Origin: Rebecca billardiae RCC1528
Taxonomy: Eukaryota > Protista > Haptophyta
Assembly (NCBI GenBank): GCA_965240325.2
Contig: OZ251233.1
Location: 2,289,177 to 2,353,176, forward strand
Length of the DNA stretch: 64,000 nucleotides
Reading direction: 5' to 3'
In this document: positions 46,217-57,200 of the stretch, one piece after another
Layout: the number at the start of each line of letters is the position of its first letter
Numbering within the stretch: the stretch's first letter is position 1
Position numbers and translations under genes: made by a program
The notes under the pieces: model-generated
Database searches by the model: none
What the model saw: only the letters and a program-made list of their open reading frames with translations
Told to the model about the DNA's origin: nothing

Positions 46217-48211
46217 TCATTGGACGTCATGCTGACGCTGAGCCACTGCTGGCGCGCCCGCAGCCACCGGCTCGTCGCCGGCGGCGTCGCACGCGCCGCC
46301 GCCGCCGCCGGTCGTCGCCTCGGTGGCGGGCGCGATCGCGCGCGCGCGCGCTGCACCACGGCTCGCGTGCGAGGACGAGCCGGCGGCGGCCTGCGAGGGC
46401 GGCGCCGAGGGCGTGCGCGAGGCGGAGCGGCCGGAGGGCAGCCGCGTGAGCGCGGGCACGGGCAGCCGCAGCTCGCCGAACAGCTCGCGCACGCGCACGC
46501 GCGCGCCGCCGCCGCCGCCGCCGCCGCCCTCGACGTCGGCGAGCCCCGCGGTCGGCCAGGGCGCGCCCTCGCCGTCCGCCGCGCCGTCCGCCTCGCCGCC
46601 CGCCGCGCCGCCGAGCAGCGGCACCGACGCCCTGCGCTCGTGCGCCACCCTCGCGCGGTGCAGCAGCGCGCGCACGGACTCGTTGAAGGCGGGCAGCGTG
46701 CCGCTCGCGCCCTCGATCACGCTGAGCAGCCGGCCCGCCGCCTCCGCGTCGGCGCTCTCGCACAGCGCCGCGTCGAAGGGCGCGGCGCCCGGCAGCGGCA
46801 CGGCGGCCGAGAGCGGGCACAGCTCGACGCGCCTGCCGCCCATCGCGAGGAAGGCGAAGAGCTCGAGCACGCACCACAGCCGGCGCGTGTACGTGGGGCC
46901 CCACAGCACGAGCAGCGCGCCGCACCCGCCCACGTACACGGGCAGCGACGCCAGCTGCGCGCGCACGCGCGCCGGGTGTACGCACGCGCGGTCGAGCCAG
47001 ACGAGCGGCTCGCGGCCCTCGCGCGCGCGGAAGTCTGCGCGCCACGCCTGCAGCACGCGCCACTTGTCCTCCGCGTCGTCGTGCCACGAGTGCGAGACGA
47101 AGGCGTCGACGCCCTGGAAGCGCGCGGGCTGCGAGAGCTCGTACAGCGCGGCGGAGGGCGCGGCGCTCTGCAGGTGCGCGCGCTCGAGGCTGCCAAGGCT
47201 GATCGCGCGGAAGGAGGCGGCCGCGTGCGCGAGCACCGCGCCCGGCTCCTCGCCGCCCAGCAGCTGCGCACACAGCGCGACACACCGCACACGCAGCACG
47301 GGGAGGGGCGGCGGGGCGTGTGAGCAAGGGAGATAGCCGTAAACGTGAGCGCGCGCGCGCGCGTAGGGCCGCGCGCGCGCGCGCACCGCCGCGATGCCCG
47401 CCGCGGTGGAGAGCGCCTCGGCGCGCCTCGCGAGGAACGCGTGCACCGCCACGCGCCCCGACGGGTGCAGCGCAAACGCGCCGAGCGCGAGCTCGACGGC
47501 GCACTGCGCGAAGACGGAGGCGAGGGCGGCGCGGCTCGAGCGCCCCGCGCGCAGCCGCGCCAGCTCGAGCGGCGTCTCGAGCGCGAGCGAGAGCGTCGCC
47601 ACCGCCAGCAGCCAGACGCCGAGCGCGCGCCACAGCTGCGCGAGCGCGCTGCGCGTCGACTGCCGCGCGCGCGGCAGCAGGAGCGAGCGCAGCACGGCGG
47701 CGGCGAGGCCCAGGTTGACGAGGCACGTGAGCAGCTGGTTGGTCCAGTCGAGCAGCTGCACGCCGCGCGGCACGCCCGGCTCGCACGCCGCGCGCGCGCA
47801 CGCGAGCTCGTCCGGCAGCTCGGCGGCCTCGTGGGCGAGCACAAAGCAGAGCACGCCCAGCGTGAGCAGCCGCGCGCACAGCACGGCCCAGCGGTCGGTG
47901 GGCAGGATGGCGAGCATCTGCATCACGATGCCCGGGTACAGCGCGAGGTACCACCACTCGCTGCGCGGGCCGCCGAGCACGAAGAGCGCCGCGCCCGCGA
48001 CCACGAGCGGCACGCCGAGCGCGAGCAGCGGGCCGCTGATGCGCAGCCGCCGCCGCCGCCCGGCGAGGCGGGCGCGGTGCAGCCGCGCGCGCACCGCCTC
48101 GCCGTCGCGCGCGGCCGGCGCGCCCGCGCCCGCGCCCGCGCCCGCCGGCTCGGCGGGCGGCCTCCGCGCCGCGCGACGCGGGAAGGTGGCCCAGGGCCGC
48201 GGCGCTGCCAT
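46217..48211 (-). CDS. Multi-pass membrane protein with cytosolic TIR-like domain
   Basis: About 5-6 TM helices, then DAFVSHSW.D...VWLDRAC...LPVYVGGC..LLVLWGPTYTRRLWCVLELF. In-frame intron 47264-47386. Confidence 0.75.
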   Translation of the reverse strand: MAAPRPWATFPRRAARRPPAEPAGAGAGAGAPAARDGEAVRARLHRARLAGRRRRLRISGPLLALGVPLVVAGAALFVLGGPRSEWWYLALYPGIVMQMLAILPTDRWAVLCARLLTLGVLCFVLAHEAAELPDELACARAACEPGVPRGVQLLDWTNQLLTCLVNLGLAAAVLRSLLLPRARQSTRSALAQLWRALGVWLLAVATLSLALETPLELARLRAGRSSRAALASVFAQCAVELALGAFALHPSGRVAVHAFLARRAEALSTAAGIAAVRARARPYARARAHVYGYLPCSHAPPPLPVLRVRCVALCAQLLGGEEPGAVLAHAAASFRAISLGSLERAHLQSAAPSAALYELSQPARFQGVDAFVSHSWHDDAEDKWRVLQAWRADFRAREGREPLVWLDRACVHPARVRAQLASLPVYVGGCGALLVLWGPTYTRRLWCVLELFAFLAMGGRRVELCPLSAAVPLPGAAPFDAALCESADAEAAGRLLSVIEGASGTLPAFNESVRALLHRARVAHERRASVPLLGGAAGGEADGAADGEGAPWPTAGLADVEGGGGGGGGARVRVRELFGELRLPVPALTRLPSGRSASRTPSAPPSQAAAGSSSHASRGAARARAIAPATEATTGGGGGACDAAGDEPVAAGAPAVAQRQHDVQ

Positions 48212-48479
48212 CACCGATAGATACGCCCTGGAAGCTGCCTGATTCCGGTTCGATTATTCGCCGACATAGATGGGTGCTAATGAATAGTCGTGCGGGTAAC
48301 CCGATGGCATGGGCGATGATCATGGCGACGACTAATACTCACTTCTCGCCTGCCTGAGCTGTGTGCGTCTCTTATTCTTAGTAATCTGTACGATGAACAG
48401 GCGCCGATGAATATCAACGACTAAACGAAACGATGCGAATCTGGACGCGCGCGACAAAACTCTGATGCGCGCGACAACG

Positions 48480-49045
48480 CGACCGTCGGGCCCCTGAGCG
48501 CGCCCAGCGCGCGGCTGCTCGACGGCACGTGGCGCGAGAGCGGTGCGACCACCCCGGCGCCACGCACCAGCCCAGTTGGCCCTGCCCCCGCGCCCCCATC
48601 TTCCACCTCGTCCGACCTGACTCCCGCACGCGCCGTCCGACGGACGCCACCCAACCGGGCCGAGCATAAGCCGAACCGCTGCTCGGAAAGTCGGCAGCTC
48701 GTCGCGTCTCACGTCGAACGGGAGCGGCCACCGCCTGTCATGGCGTGTGCGTTTGCTGGTCGCTGCGAGCACACTCGAGCGCGATCACAGCGCGGAGTCG
48801 GCTGCGGCGCTAGCAGCCGCGCAGGCGTCGCCCTTGTCCCACCATGCGGGCCACCCGCTCCCCGCGTGTCAGCTCTCAGCGGACTCGCTCCGGACGTGAG
48901 CTGTTGGGCGCGCGCGCTGCCCAGAGGCGCGGAGCACTGCGCGGCGTCGTGCGGGAGAGATGGAGATGCGAGCGGGTCCTCCGACGACCACGCGCGCTCA
49001 ACCGCTCGGCCGTGCGCTCGCAGCCAGCGCAGCGCGCGCACGGCA
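48480..49045. repeat. Diverged internal copy of the subtelomeric repeat family
   Basis: Shares ccccgcgcccccatcttccacctcgtccga and downstream blocks with 56400-56900 and 58050-58550. Confidence 0.65.
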
Positions 49046-49327
49046 GAGCGTAGCCACATGACGACTTGACAATCTTGACTACATGAGCAGTTACTAATTG
49101 TAGTAGTTACGTAAGACTAGTAGCAGTAGTAATATATATAAGTGGTGCTAAGGTATCGTAGCAGTTAGTATCATCGCGTATAACGCCGCGCCTACTGATC
49201 ACACGGCACGTACTGCGGGCCGCCGGGCCGCCGGCCCCACCGCCTGCGCAGGCGTCAGGCGGGCGGGTGCTGCTATGATGATATCCTACTCGTTGCAAGC
49301 TGATGCGGCCACGCGGCGCGCGGCGCG

Positions 49328-50311
49328 TCACGCCGGCTGCGCGCCCAGCCGCTGCACCGAGCCGCGCCCGCCCGCGAGCGCGCCGACGCTGTAGCGGACG
49401 GGCGTGCGCGCGGCGCGGTACTCGGCAATCGCGTCGGCCTGGTCGCGGAGGTACACGCTCGCGCGGCGCTTGCCCAAGCCCATCACGCCGAACACCGCGA
49501 ACAGCGTGCCGAGCAGCGTGGCGTACGCAAAGAGCTGGTAGCCGAGGATCATCGGCAGCCCGTCGCCGCCCTCGAGCGCCACGTCGGGCACCTTGATGAA
49601 GACGAGCCGGTTGAACGCGACGAAGGTGGCGCACACGCCGAACGTGAGCGTGATGATCGACCACAGCACGCCCCACCGCGCCCAGCCCCAGAAGCGCGCG
49701 CGCGCGCCGAACCGCTCGTGCAGGTCCGACTGCATCGCGAGCACGGCCACGAGCCCGATCACGGTCGAGATCAGCGACGAGCCGAGCAGGTACGTGGCGG
49801 CGGCGACGGAGGAGGAGAACTCGCGCACGACGAGGTAGCCCGAGCCGTAGCGCGCGTACGGCTCCGACCCGAAGCGCGCGCGCGCCGCCTCGATCTCCTC
49901 CGTCTCCACGCCCGCGGGCAGCATCATCGCGATCGTGAGGAAGAGCGCGGCCAGCAGCGCAAACGTGTCCAACGTCGACTTGATCGAGAAGAGGTCGGGC
50001 GGGCGCTCGGAGGAGACAAGCTCGTAGAGCACGTTCACGCCGGGGATCCAGCTCACCAGCCCCGTCGGCACGTGCGGCGGCGGCTCGAGCAGGCTGCGCA
50101 CGCGCACGCGGATGCGCGCGGCCGTGACGGCCGACGCGACGCCCACCTCGGCCCACCCGCGGTCGTCGAGCTCGGCCAGCACCTCGCCGTCGACCTGCAG
50201 CTTCTGCACCGCCGCGGCGACCTTGGCCCCCACGCCGCACGCCTCGGTGAGCCACTCCGCCACCTGCTGCGGCGTCCAGTCGCGCACGTCGTCGGGGGGC
50301 GGCGCCGCCAT
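49328..50311 (-). CDS. SAM-domain protein with four predicted TM helices
   Basis: SAM: WTPQQVAEWL...QVDGEVLAELDDRGWAEVGV...ARI. Four hydrophobic segments follow. Last plausible intact gene before the telomere. Confidence 0.8.
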   Translation of the reverse strand: MAAPPPDDVRDWTPQQVAEWLTEACGVGAKVAAAVQKLQVDGEVLAELDDRGWAEVGVASAVTAARIRVRVRSLLEPPPHVPTGLVSWIPGVNVLYELVSSERPPDLFSIKSTLDTFALLAALFLTIAMMLPAGVETEEIEAARARFGSEPYARYGSGYLVVREFSSSVAAATYLLGSSLISTVIGLVAVLAMQSDLHERFGARARFWGWARWGVLWSIITLTFGVCATFVAFNRLVFIKVPDVALEGGDGLPMILGYQLFAYATLLGTLFAVFGVMGLGKRRASVYLRDQADAIAEYRAARTPVRYSVGALAGGRGSVQRLGAQPA

Positions 50312-52761
50312 GGCCGTGGGCGGCGCCCACCCAACGGGCGGGCGCGGGCGAAAAAAAAAACACAAAAATGCAACCGCAGAATGATGATGTTCATATCATT
50401 CTACAGTTTACTAAGAATAAGAGACGCACACAGCTCAGGCAGGCGAGATTGCTCTCAACAATTGACCCCTCTTTAGGCTACGAACTTTTGAGAATTTGAG
50501 AAAAACTCTGCCCTGGCGGGCGGGGGGGTCGGCGGGCCGTGCCAGTGCTGTCGCAATATTTCCCCAGCGGGTTCGCGCCTTTTATTTATAGCGGTTTGAC
50601 GGGCAGGATGACTACGAATAACAATGCGACATACCGAGATGATTGTGAGCTACCCGACTTACTGACGAATAATAACGCGACAGATGACTCTGGTGCGAGC
50701 TCACCGACAGTGTGATTGCGCGTGTATTCGTGCACCCACTGCGCTACCCGTCATCGTGCCAAGCCTTCCGACTGCGCGCACGCACTGCCAACTGATTGGC
50801 GTGCGACGGCGTCGTGCCGGTGTGCGCCTGACGGTGACGGTTTGTCCTTGGGTCCAAGCGCTCGTCGGCGCTCGCCGCTCCGCGCGACAGGTCCGGCACT
50901 CGCACGTTCGGCGGTATCAGGAGCTGTTGGCGGTGTACGCGCGCGCAGTGCGAGAGCGTGTGCCACTCGCGATCGGGGGTGGGCACGCGCTGCTCGAGCA
51001 GGCACATGAAGCGCAGCGCATGTGCCACTGGCTTCACGACGTCGGCCTCGTCCCGCAGCGCTCGTGCAATGGAAGAGGATGGGGCGGCGATCTTGCACGC
51101 TCGGCGTTTCAGCTCGTCGCGGATGTGCGCTTTGGATCGGTCATAGCGCTGTGCGACGAGGGCCGCCGACCTGCCACGATGCGGTTCCTTCCACGGCTGC
51201 AAACCCGGGAGGTGCGTGCGGTGCGCGTCGTACGCCGCTTTGCGCTGCGCCTCCGTCGCATTGGTCACCGTCGACGCCATGCAGGCCGGACGTGGGCCCC
51301 CGAGCGCCGAGCGATCTTTGGCCGCGAGCTCGCGAGCGCGAATGATGAGCGCTCGCTCTGGAACGCCACCGACCGTAGCAAACGGATTTGCATGCGCCCG
51401 ACCTTGCCACCGCGGGGCACGCGACAGTCCGGTGTGTGGATTCCGGTTATGGTGTTCAGAAGGCCGCGCCAAAGCTTGCGTCGCGTGCGATGGCGCTTCC
51501 CACCCGCGAGACACCTCGTGCTGAGGGCCTTTCCGTACCGAGCCCGACGCGCGGCGGTGAATCGCGCGAGGCGGCCATCGTGCGCAGCGCTTGATGCTAT
51601 GGCCGGTGCGAGCGCTCGACGTGCAAGTCGGGCGAGGACCGCCCCAGGTCGCACGATCGTGTCGACGCGCCGAGCGTACCTCCAAACGGGTCGACTTTGG
51701 CCCTCGTTCGACCTGCACGCGAGACGACGAGGGCAGCAATCGCGAATCGGGCGAAAACCCCCCTCGGGAGTCCTCTCACGATGTCCGCGCCGGCGTTGGA
51801 TTTGGCGCGCGCCGCCCACGCGCTCCGCGCCATCGGGGAGATGGTTTTCGGCCGAGCGTCCCCAGTGGGAGCTGCGAGGGCGCCCGGTAGTGAGCGAAGC
51901 GACCCGGCAGTGAGGGAGGCGATTTTCTTTTCTTTGCGAGGCGATTTTCTTTTTTCCTTTTCTTTTTCTTATCTTTTTCCCGGGCACTACAAGGGGCGGA
52001 CCTACGGCCCGCCATTCTCATTTGGTTCAAGATTGGCTGTGATATATCCAGATAATAATACAAAGAATGGCGAGATATGCTTTACGACCGGTGCGCACAT
52101 AGCCCACCATATTTTGCAACTCTACTAAAGGAATGAACTCTGCTATGCACCCCAATCTGTTGTGAATAAATGGTCGTGCCTACGTTCAAGGCGATGGTCG
52201 TAATCCGATCGAATATGTAAACGGGTACGTCGATTACAAGATAGGGCCCGGACGACCGGACGTGCACGAAAACTCTCCCTTTCCAGTGCACCCTAGTCAC
52301 ATACTCGCATCCAGCGCATCTGCCCAGCGAGCCCTCGCATGCGCACGCGCTGCGTGATCACCAGCAGATAACGACGTCACCATGCACGGCGATGTCATGA
52401 TCGGCACGGAGCGCGCCGCTGGCAAGCACACGATCGTACGCGATCACGCCAGCGCCGTTGCACCCAGTCCATCTTCACCTGCACCTTCCATGTTCCGTGG
52501 TTCGGCCACATCGATCGATGCAGCACGCAGTGCAGCTGACGTCGTCGCCCGGCCGCACCATTCGCTCGAACACATCCTCGGTGAGCATCTTCCTCGTGTA
52601 CGCGCATTGCTCTCCGAGCTGCACCCGTGCCGCAGCGCGCCGCCGGACATCGCCCTACTTGCTGCTGCGTATGAATCCAAACGAGCGCTGACGAAAAATA
52701 CGATGACGCGACGATGCAGTTTATTTGTTAACCGCAGAATGATGATGTTCATATCATTCTA

Positions 52762-53575
52762 CAGTGCTCTCAACAATTGGTTATTACCCTTGTGTAATGT
52801 GTTTGGCTGTCTATACCAGCTCAGTCACTGTTTGAGGCCCACTGCTGCCTGCTATCTGTTACTGCACCTATAGCCCTTACAGACCAGGTGGGTATGAGCT
52901 GGGCGGGTGTGTGGGCTGCTGAGTCAGTCAGAGAAATTGAGTGCTAAGGTGCACAACCGGCTGACAGGTGCTGCGCGGGGGTGCCGGACCACCACGAGGG
53001 CAGGCAGAGATGGAAGTCCACCCCTGAGCAGGCTGTGGGCCGGCTGGCTGGGAGTGTAGCAGCTGAATGGTGGGCCCTGGCGCTGCAGCTGGATGGCCTT
53101 TGATACTGCCTAGCAGCCAGCCTAGCAGTACAGCCTGGCGTGAGCAGTGCAGTTTCAGTGCGCAGGCCACGTCTCTGCGGGTGGTGGTCGGGGAATGGCC
53201 ACCACAGTGCACCAGATGCACCTAGCCTGCCAGCGGCCCACCTGCTGATTGGGTATGCCCTGTAGCACAGCACACGAGGCTCCGCCGAAAATCAGCGGCG
53301 CGCTGTGCTACAAGCTGGGCTGAAAGTAGGGGGGTGGGAGCCAGCCGAGAGCCTGTCGGCCACGGTCACGTCCGAGCTGGCAGGCTTCACTTGCTGCCCA
53401 GAGGAGTCCTCCAATTGTCACCCACCCGGCTGAAGTCATGATGATGGGTGGGTGCAGCTCGACCGAATGGAGAGTGCTGGGGCCGCAGGTGCCCGTCATG
53501 CAAGCCTAAGCGGCCAGGAGAAGGTGTGATGTGCAGGTGTGCTCTCCATAGGGTAATCAATTGTTGAGAGGACTG
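52762..53575. mobile_element. Tc1/mariner-type non-autonomous element, 814 bp
   Basis: TA|CAGTGCTCTCAACAATTG...CAATTGTTGAGAGGACTG|TA. Interior visibly CpG-poor. Confidence 0.85.
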
Positions 53576-53585
53576 TAGCACGCGC

Positions 53586-54070
53586 AGCCCCGCGGCGCAA
53601 CTTACTAGCGAGCGAGGCACGCCATCCAAGATCGAGGTGGGTTAGACGGCTGGGCGCAGCCCGAGTGGCGGCTCCTTCGCCTCACGCCGGCTGTAGCAGC
53701 AGTGGGGCTTCTGAGATCCGAGCCGCCGGCTCTGGCCGGAAGCCGCTGACCGCCGGGCCCGCAGTCGTCGGCTGGGCGCAGCTGGCACACGGCTCGCGGC
53801 GCAACTTAGCGGCGATCGAGTGAGGCATGGCATCCACGATCGAGGTGGGTTGGGCGGCTGGGCGCAGCCAGAGCTGCGGTGTCCCCGCCCCACGCCGGTT
53901 GTGACAGCAGCTGCGCTTCTGTGATCCGAGCCCCTGGAGTCGGCTCGAATCCGATGACAGCCGGGCCCCCGGCCGTCAGCTGGGCGCAGCTGGCACGCGG
54001 CCCCGCGGCGCAACTTAGCGGCGTGCGAGGCATGACAACCAAGATCGAGGTGGGTTGGACGGATGTGCGC
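53586..54070. repeat. ~210-bp tandem repeat, about 2.3 diverged copies
   Basis: cgcggcgcaactta...gatcgaggtgggtt at ~53591, 53796 and 54004. Confidence 0.8.
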
Positions 54071-54299
54071 AGTGTGAGCGGCGGAGTCTTCGCCCCACGG
54101 TGGCGGCAGCCGCCGCGGGGCTGATATGGTGAAGGCAAAGGAGAGGCTGAGTTGCCCCGTGGCGACTGGCAGCCGCGCGTGAAGCCAGTCGGCGGGCAGC
54201 CTGCGCACCACTGGTTGGCGCGCGGCACTGGCGTGCTACACCGAGACGGACCGACCCATACGCGCCCACGCCCGCGCTGCCTGCAGCACCGGCCGGATG

Positions 54300-57200
54300 C
54301 ACCGCTCGTGCGTTGCCACACTCGACGGCAGCAGCGGCCAGGGTGCGTGCAGTCACGTGCGCGCGCGCGCTTGCTCGGCGCGGCGCCAGTGGCGGGCGGG
54401 CGGAGTGCGCAGGAGTGCGCGATGGAGTGGCTGCGCTGCCCCCGCACCACTGCGCGGGGCCGCGTGCGCGCGCTCGCGCGCAGCGAGCTCTCTCCTCGTC
54501 AGCGTGAGCACTGCTCGATCGGCGTGCGGTCGTGCCCGAGGCGCAGCGCGTGCGTTGGGCGCGGTGGCGCGGGCGGGTGCGCACCGGGCGCCGCGTGCGG
54601 TATGTGCGCGCGGAGGCCCTCGTGCCCGCGCGACGGCGCGCGCGGTCGACCTGGCATCGCGGGAAGAGGTGATGGCTCCTACATGCAGTCTCCTGCGAGG
54701 CGGCGGGCGCCGCCATCGTCCTGCTGTGCACCTTTTTCCAGGCCGAGCATTTCATCAAGGAGCATGACCGGCCCGGCCGGGGGCCCAACTTGGCGGGCGC
54801 CTCGCCGCGCAGGCGGGCGCGCTGCGTGGCGCGCACGCACACCGCGCGTCGCGCGTATGCGTGGTGCCCAGCTGAACCGCGAGATGGCGCGCCCGCTGCT
54901 GCGACCGCGTGACGGCGGCCCCGTCACTCGTCGCGTGCGCGGCGCTGGCCCCCGCGCGCGCGGTCGCGCTCGGTGCCCGACAGCGCGTGTCGCGCTCCGA
55001 GCGCTCGCCGAGCGAAGCGGCGCGGGCCGCGTTGGGGCGGAGCCTCCATGCAGCCTCACACTGCGCGCGAGCTGAGCCGATGCGCTCGCGCCGCGTCCGC
55101 TCTCCCTCGGCCCGCGCATGACCCCAGCTGCGGCGGCGGTCGCAGCCGCGTGCGATGCGCCGAGCAGCGCGTCGCGGCGCTTGGCGACGCGCTCGTCGCC
55201 ACGCGCCTCTATGACGGGCGCGTCCCGCCGCGCGCAAACGCGCCCCACGAGGCCGCCGCGACCGCACCGCGCTCGCTTCGAGCCGGCGCGCGCTGGGCGC
55301 GAGCGTCTGCTCGTTCCCGGCTGCCGTTGCCGCGCGCCGCGCCGAGCAGCGCGTGACGCCGGCCGATCGCGCGGCTCCCGTGCCGTGACACGTTTGCGTC
55401 CACGTCCCGCCGCTCGCACGCGCGCTCCGCCGAGGCGCCAGCGGCCGCGCCGCGCTTGAGCCGAGCGCGCGGCGCGCGCGCCCGCCGAGGGCTGCTGCTG
55501 CGGGCGGTTGCCAGGTGCTGCCCCGCGCGGGCCCGCGCGCCAGGCAGCTGCGGGCGGGGAGCGCCGCAGCCGTCCCAGCGCCTCGCCCTCGGTCGACGCT
55601 GCTCCCCGCCCCGGCCCCCCATCTTGCTCTTCGTCCAACCTGCACCTGGTGCCCGCAGTGAGCGGCAGCCGCTGCGTCGACCAGGCCCAGCCCCGCGCGT
55701 GAGCGCCGGCTCCCGGCGCACGGCCGCTCTCCGCGTGCCGTCTGACAGCCGCCTCGGGGTGTGTGTGTGGGTTGGGCGGTGGGTCGGTGACGACGGGCGT
55801 CTGCTGGCGAGCCTTGGCTGCAACCTGCGCGTCGTCTAGCCAAGCAGCCTTCACCCGCGCCCGCGCCCGCCGCCATCTGAAGTCTCAGTTGCCGCTCGCG
55901 CGCGGCCCGTGCCGAGTACTCCGACCGCGCGGCAGCTGCTGGCACGGCGCAGCACGCGGCGGTCAAGCCGAGCGCGAGGCGTGGGGCCCCCCGGGCTACC
56001 CGCACGAGGGCGCACGTGACGACCTCGAGCCAGCCTCGGGCTGCGGCTGCAGCGCCGAGGCCGGTGCGTCCGGAGCAGTGCCGGCTGCGCCGAGCGCGCG
56101 ATGCCAGGCGCGCCCACGTCCAGTGCGGCTCGGCTGGGCTCGTCTGACCTCGGCGCGAAGCACGCGGCGCCGCGGCCGAGGTCGATGCGTGGCATCCCGC
56201 GATTATGCCCGCGCGGGCCCGCACGGGCTGCCCGTGCCCCAGGCTCGGGCTGTCGCGGCCGTACCGATGCTGGGCCTGGGGCAGCGCGCGCTGCCGTCGC
56301 GGGCTGTCCATCGCGCGCCCGCGCGGGCGCGACGGCAGCGCGTGGGGCGGTGCGAGCCAGCCGAGCGACCGCAGCGCGTGCTGCCCGGCGGCGCGTGGCG
56401 GGAGCGCGCCGCGGACGTGGCTGGCGCCGCGCACCAGCTCAGCTGCCCCCGCCCCGCGCCCCCATCTTCCACCTCGTCCGAGCTGCCTCCCGTGCGCGCC
56501 ATCACGGCCGCGAGCGGCCTACGGGCCGAGCTGCTGCATGCCGCTGGTCGCGCACGCGCCTCACGTCGAAGGCGCGGCCGCCCCTTACAGGGACACGTGC
56601 ACGTGGCGATCGAGACGAGCACACCCCAGCGCGGTCAGCGCGGGTCGGCAGTGGCGAGCAGCAGAAGCGCAGTCTCTATGCTGAACGGCCGCGCACGCCG
56701 CGGCCGAGCTCCGCGCGCAGACTTGGCAGCTGTTCACGCGTTGCTGACGGGCACCGCGCACTGTGCGGCGTCGTGCAAGCGACGGAAACGCGAGTGCATC
56801 CCCCCAGTACGCGCGCTCGACCGCTCGGCAGTGCACCCGCGCGACCGCGCGCGGCCGGCTGCGTTTGCGTGGCAGCGCGGCCGAGCCAGGGGCAGGCGGT
56901 GCGCTCGCGCCGCCGCGCACTGTCGCGATGGCAGCGCGTGGGACGTGGTGAGCCGGCCGAGGGGCGCGTGCTTTGACGGCGCGTGGATTCCCTCGCGCAC
57001 CACTGCGCCGGCGTGCGCGCGCACGCGGCGCGCACGACAGCCGCCCTCCGGCGGACGGCCGGGAAGCGGCGCCGCCATGCTGGCTTCCGAGGCCCAGCTG
57101 ACTTTTCCCTGAATTCCCTCGCCTGGAATATCGGCGTTGGTAATCTTTTTTTCGCGACGTCACCGACGACCGTTGGTCGCGGCTGCGCGCGAATCAGCAT

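Noticed and set aside
50744-51739. Possible transposase remnant (HTH-like LVAQRYDRSKAHIRDELKR)
   Set aside because: No convincing DDE motifs or matching TIR pair; too weak to call without a profile search.
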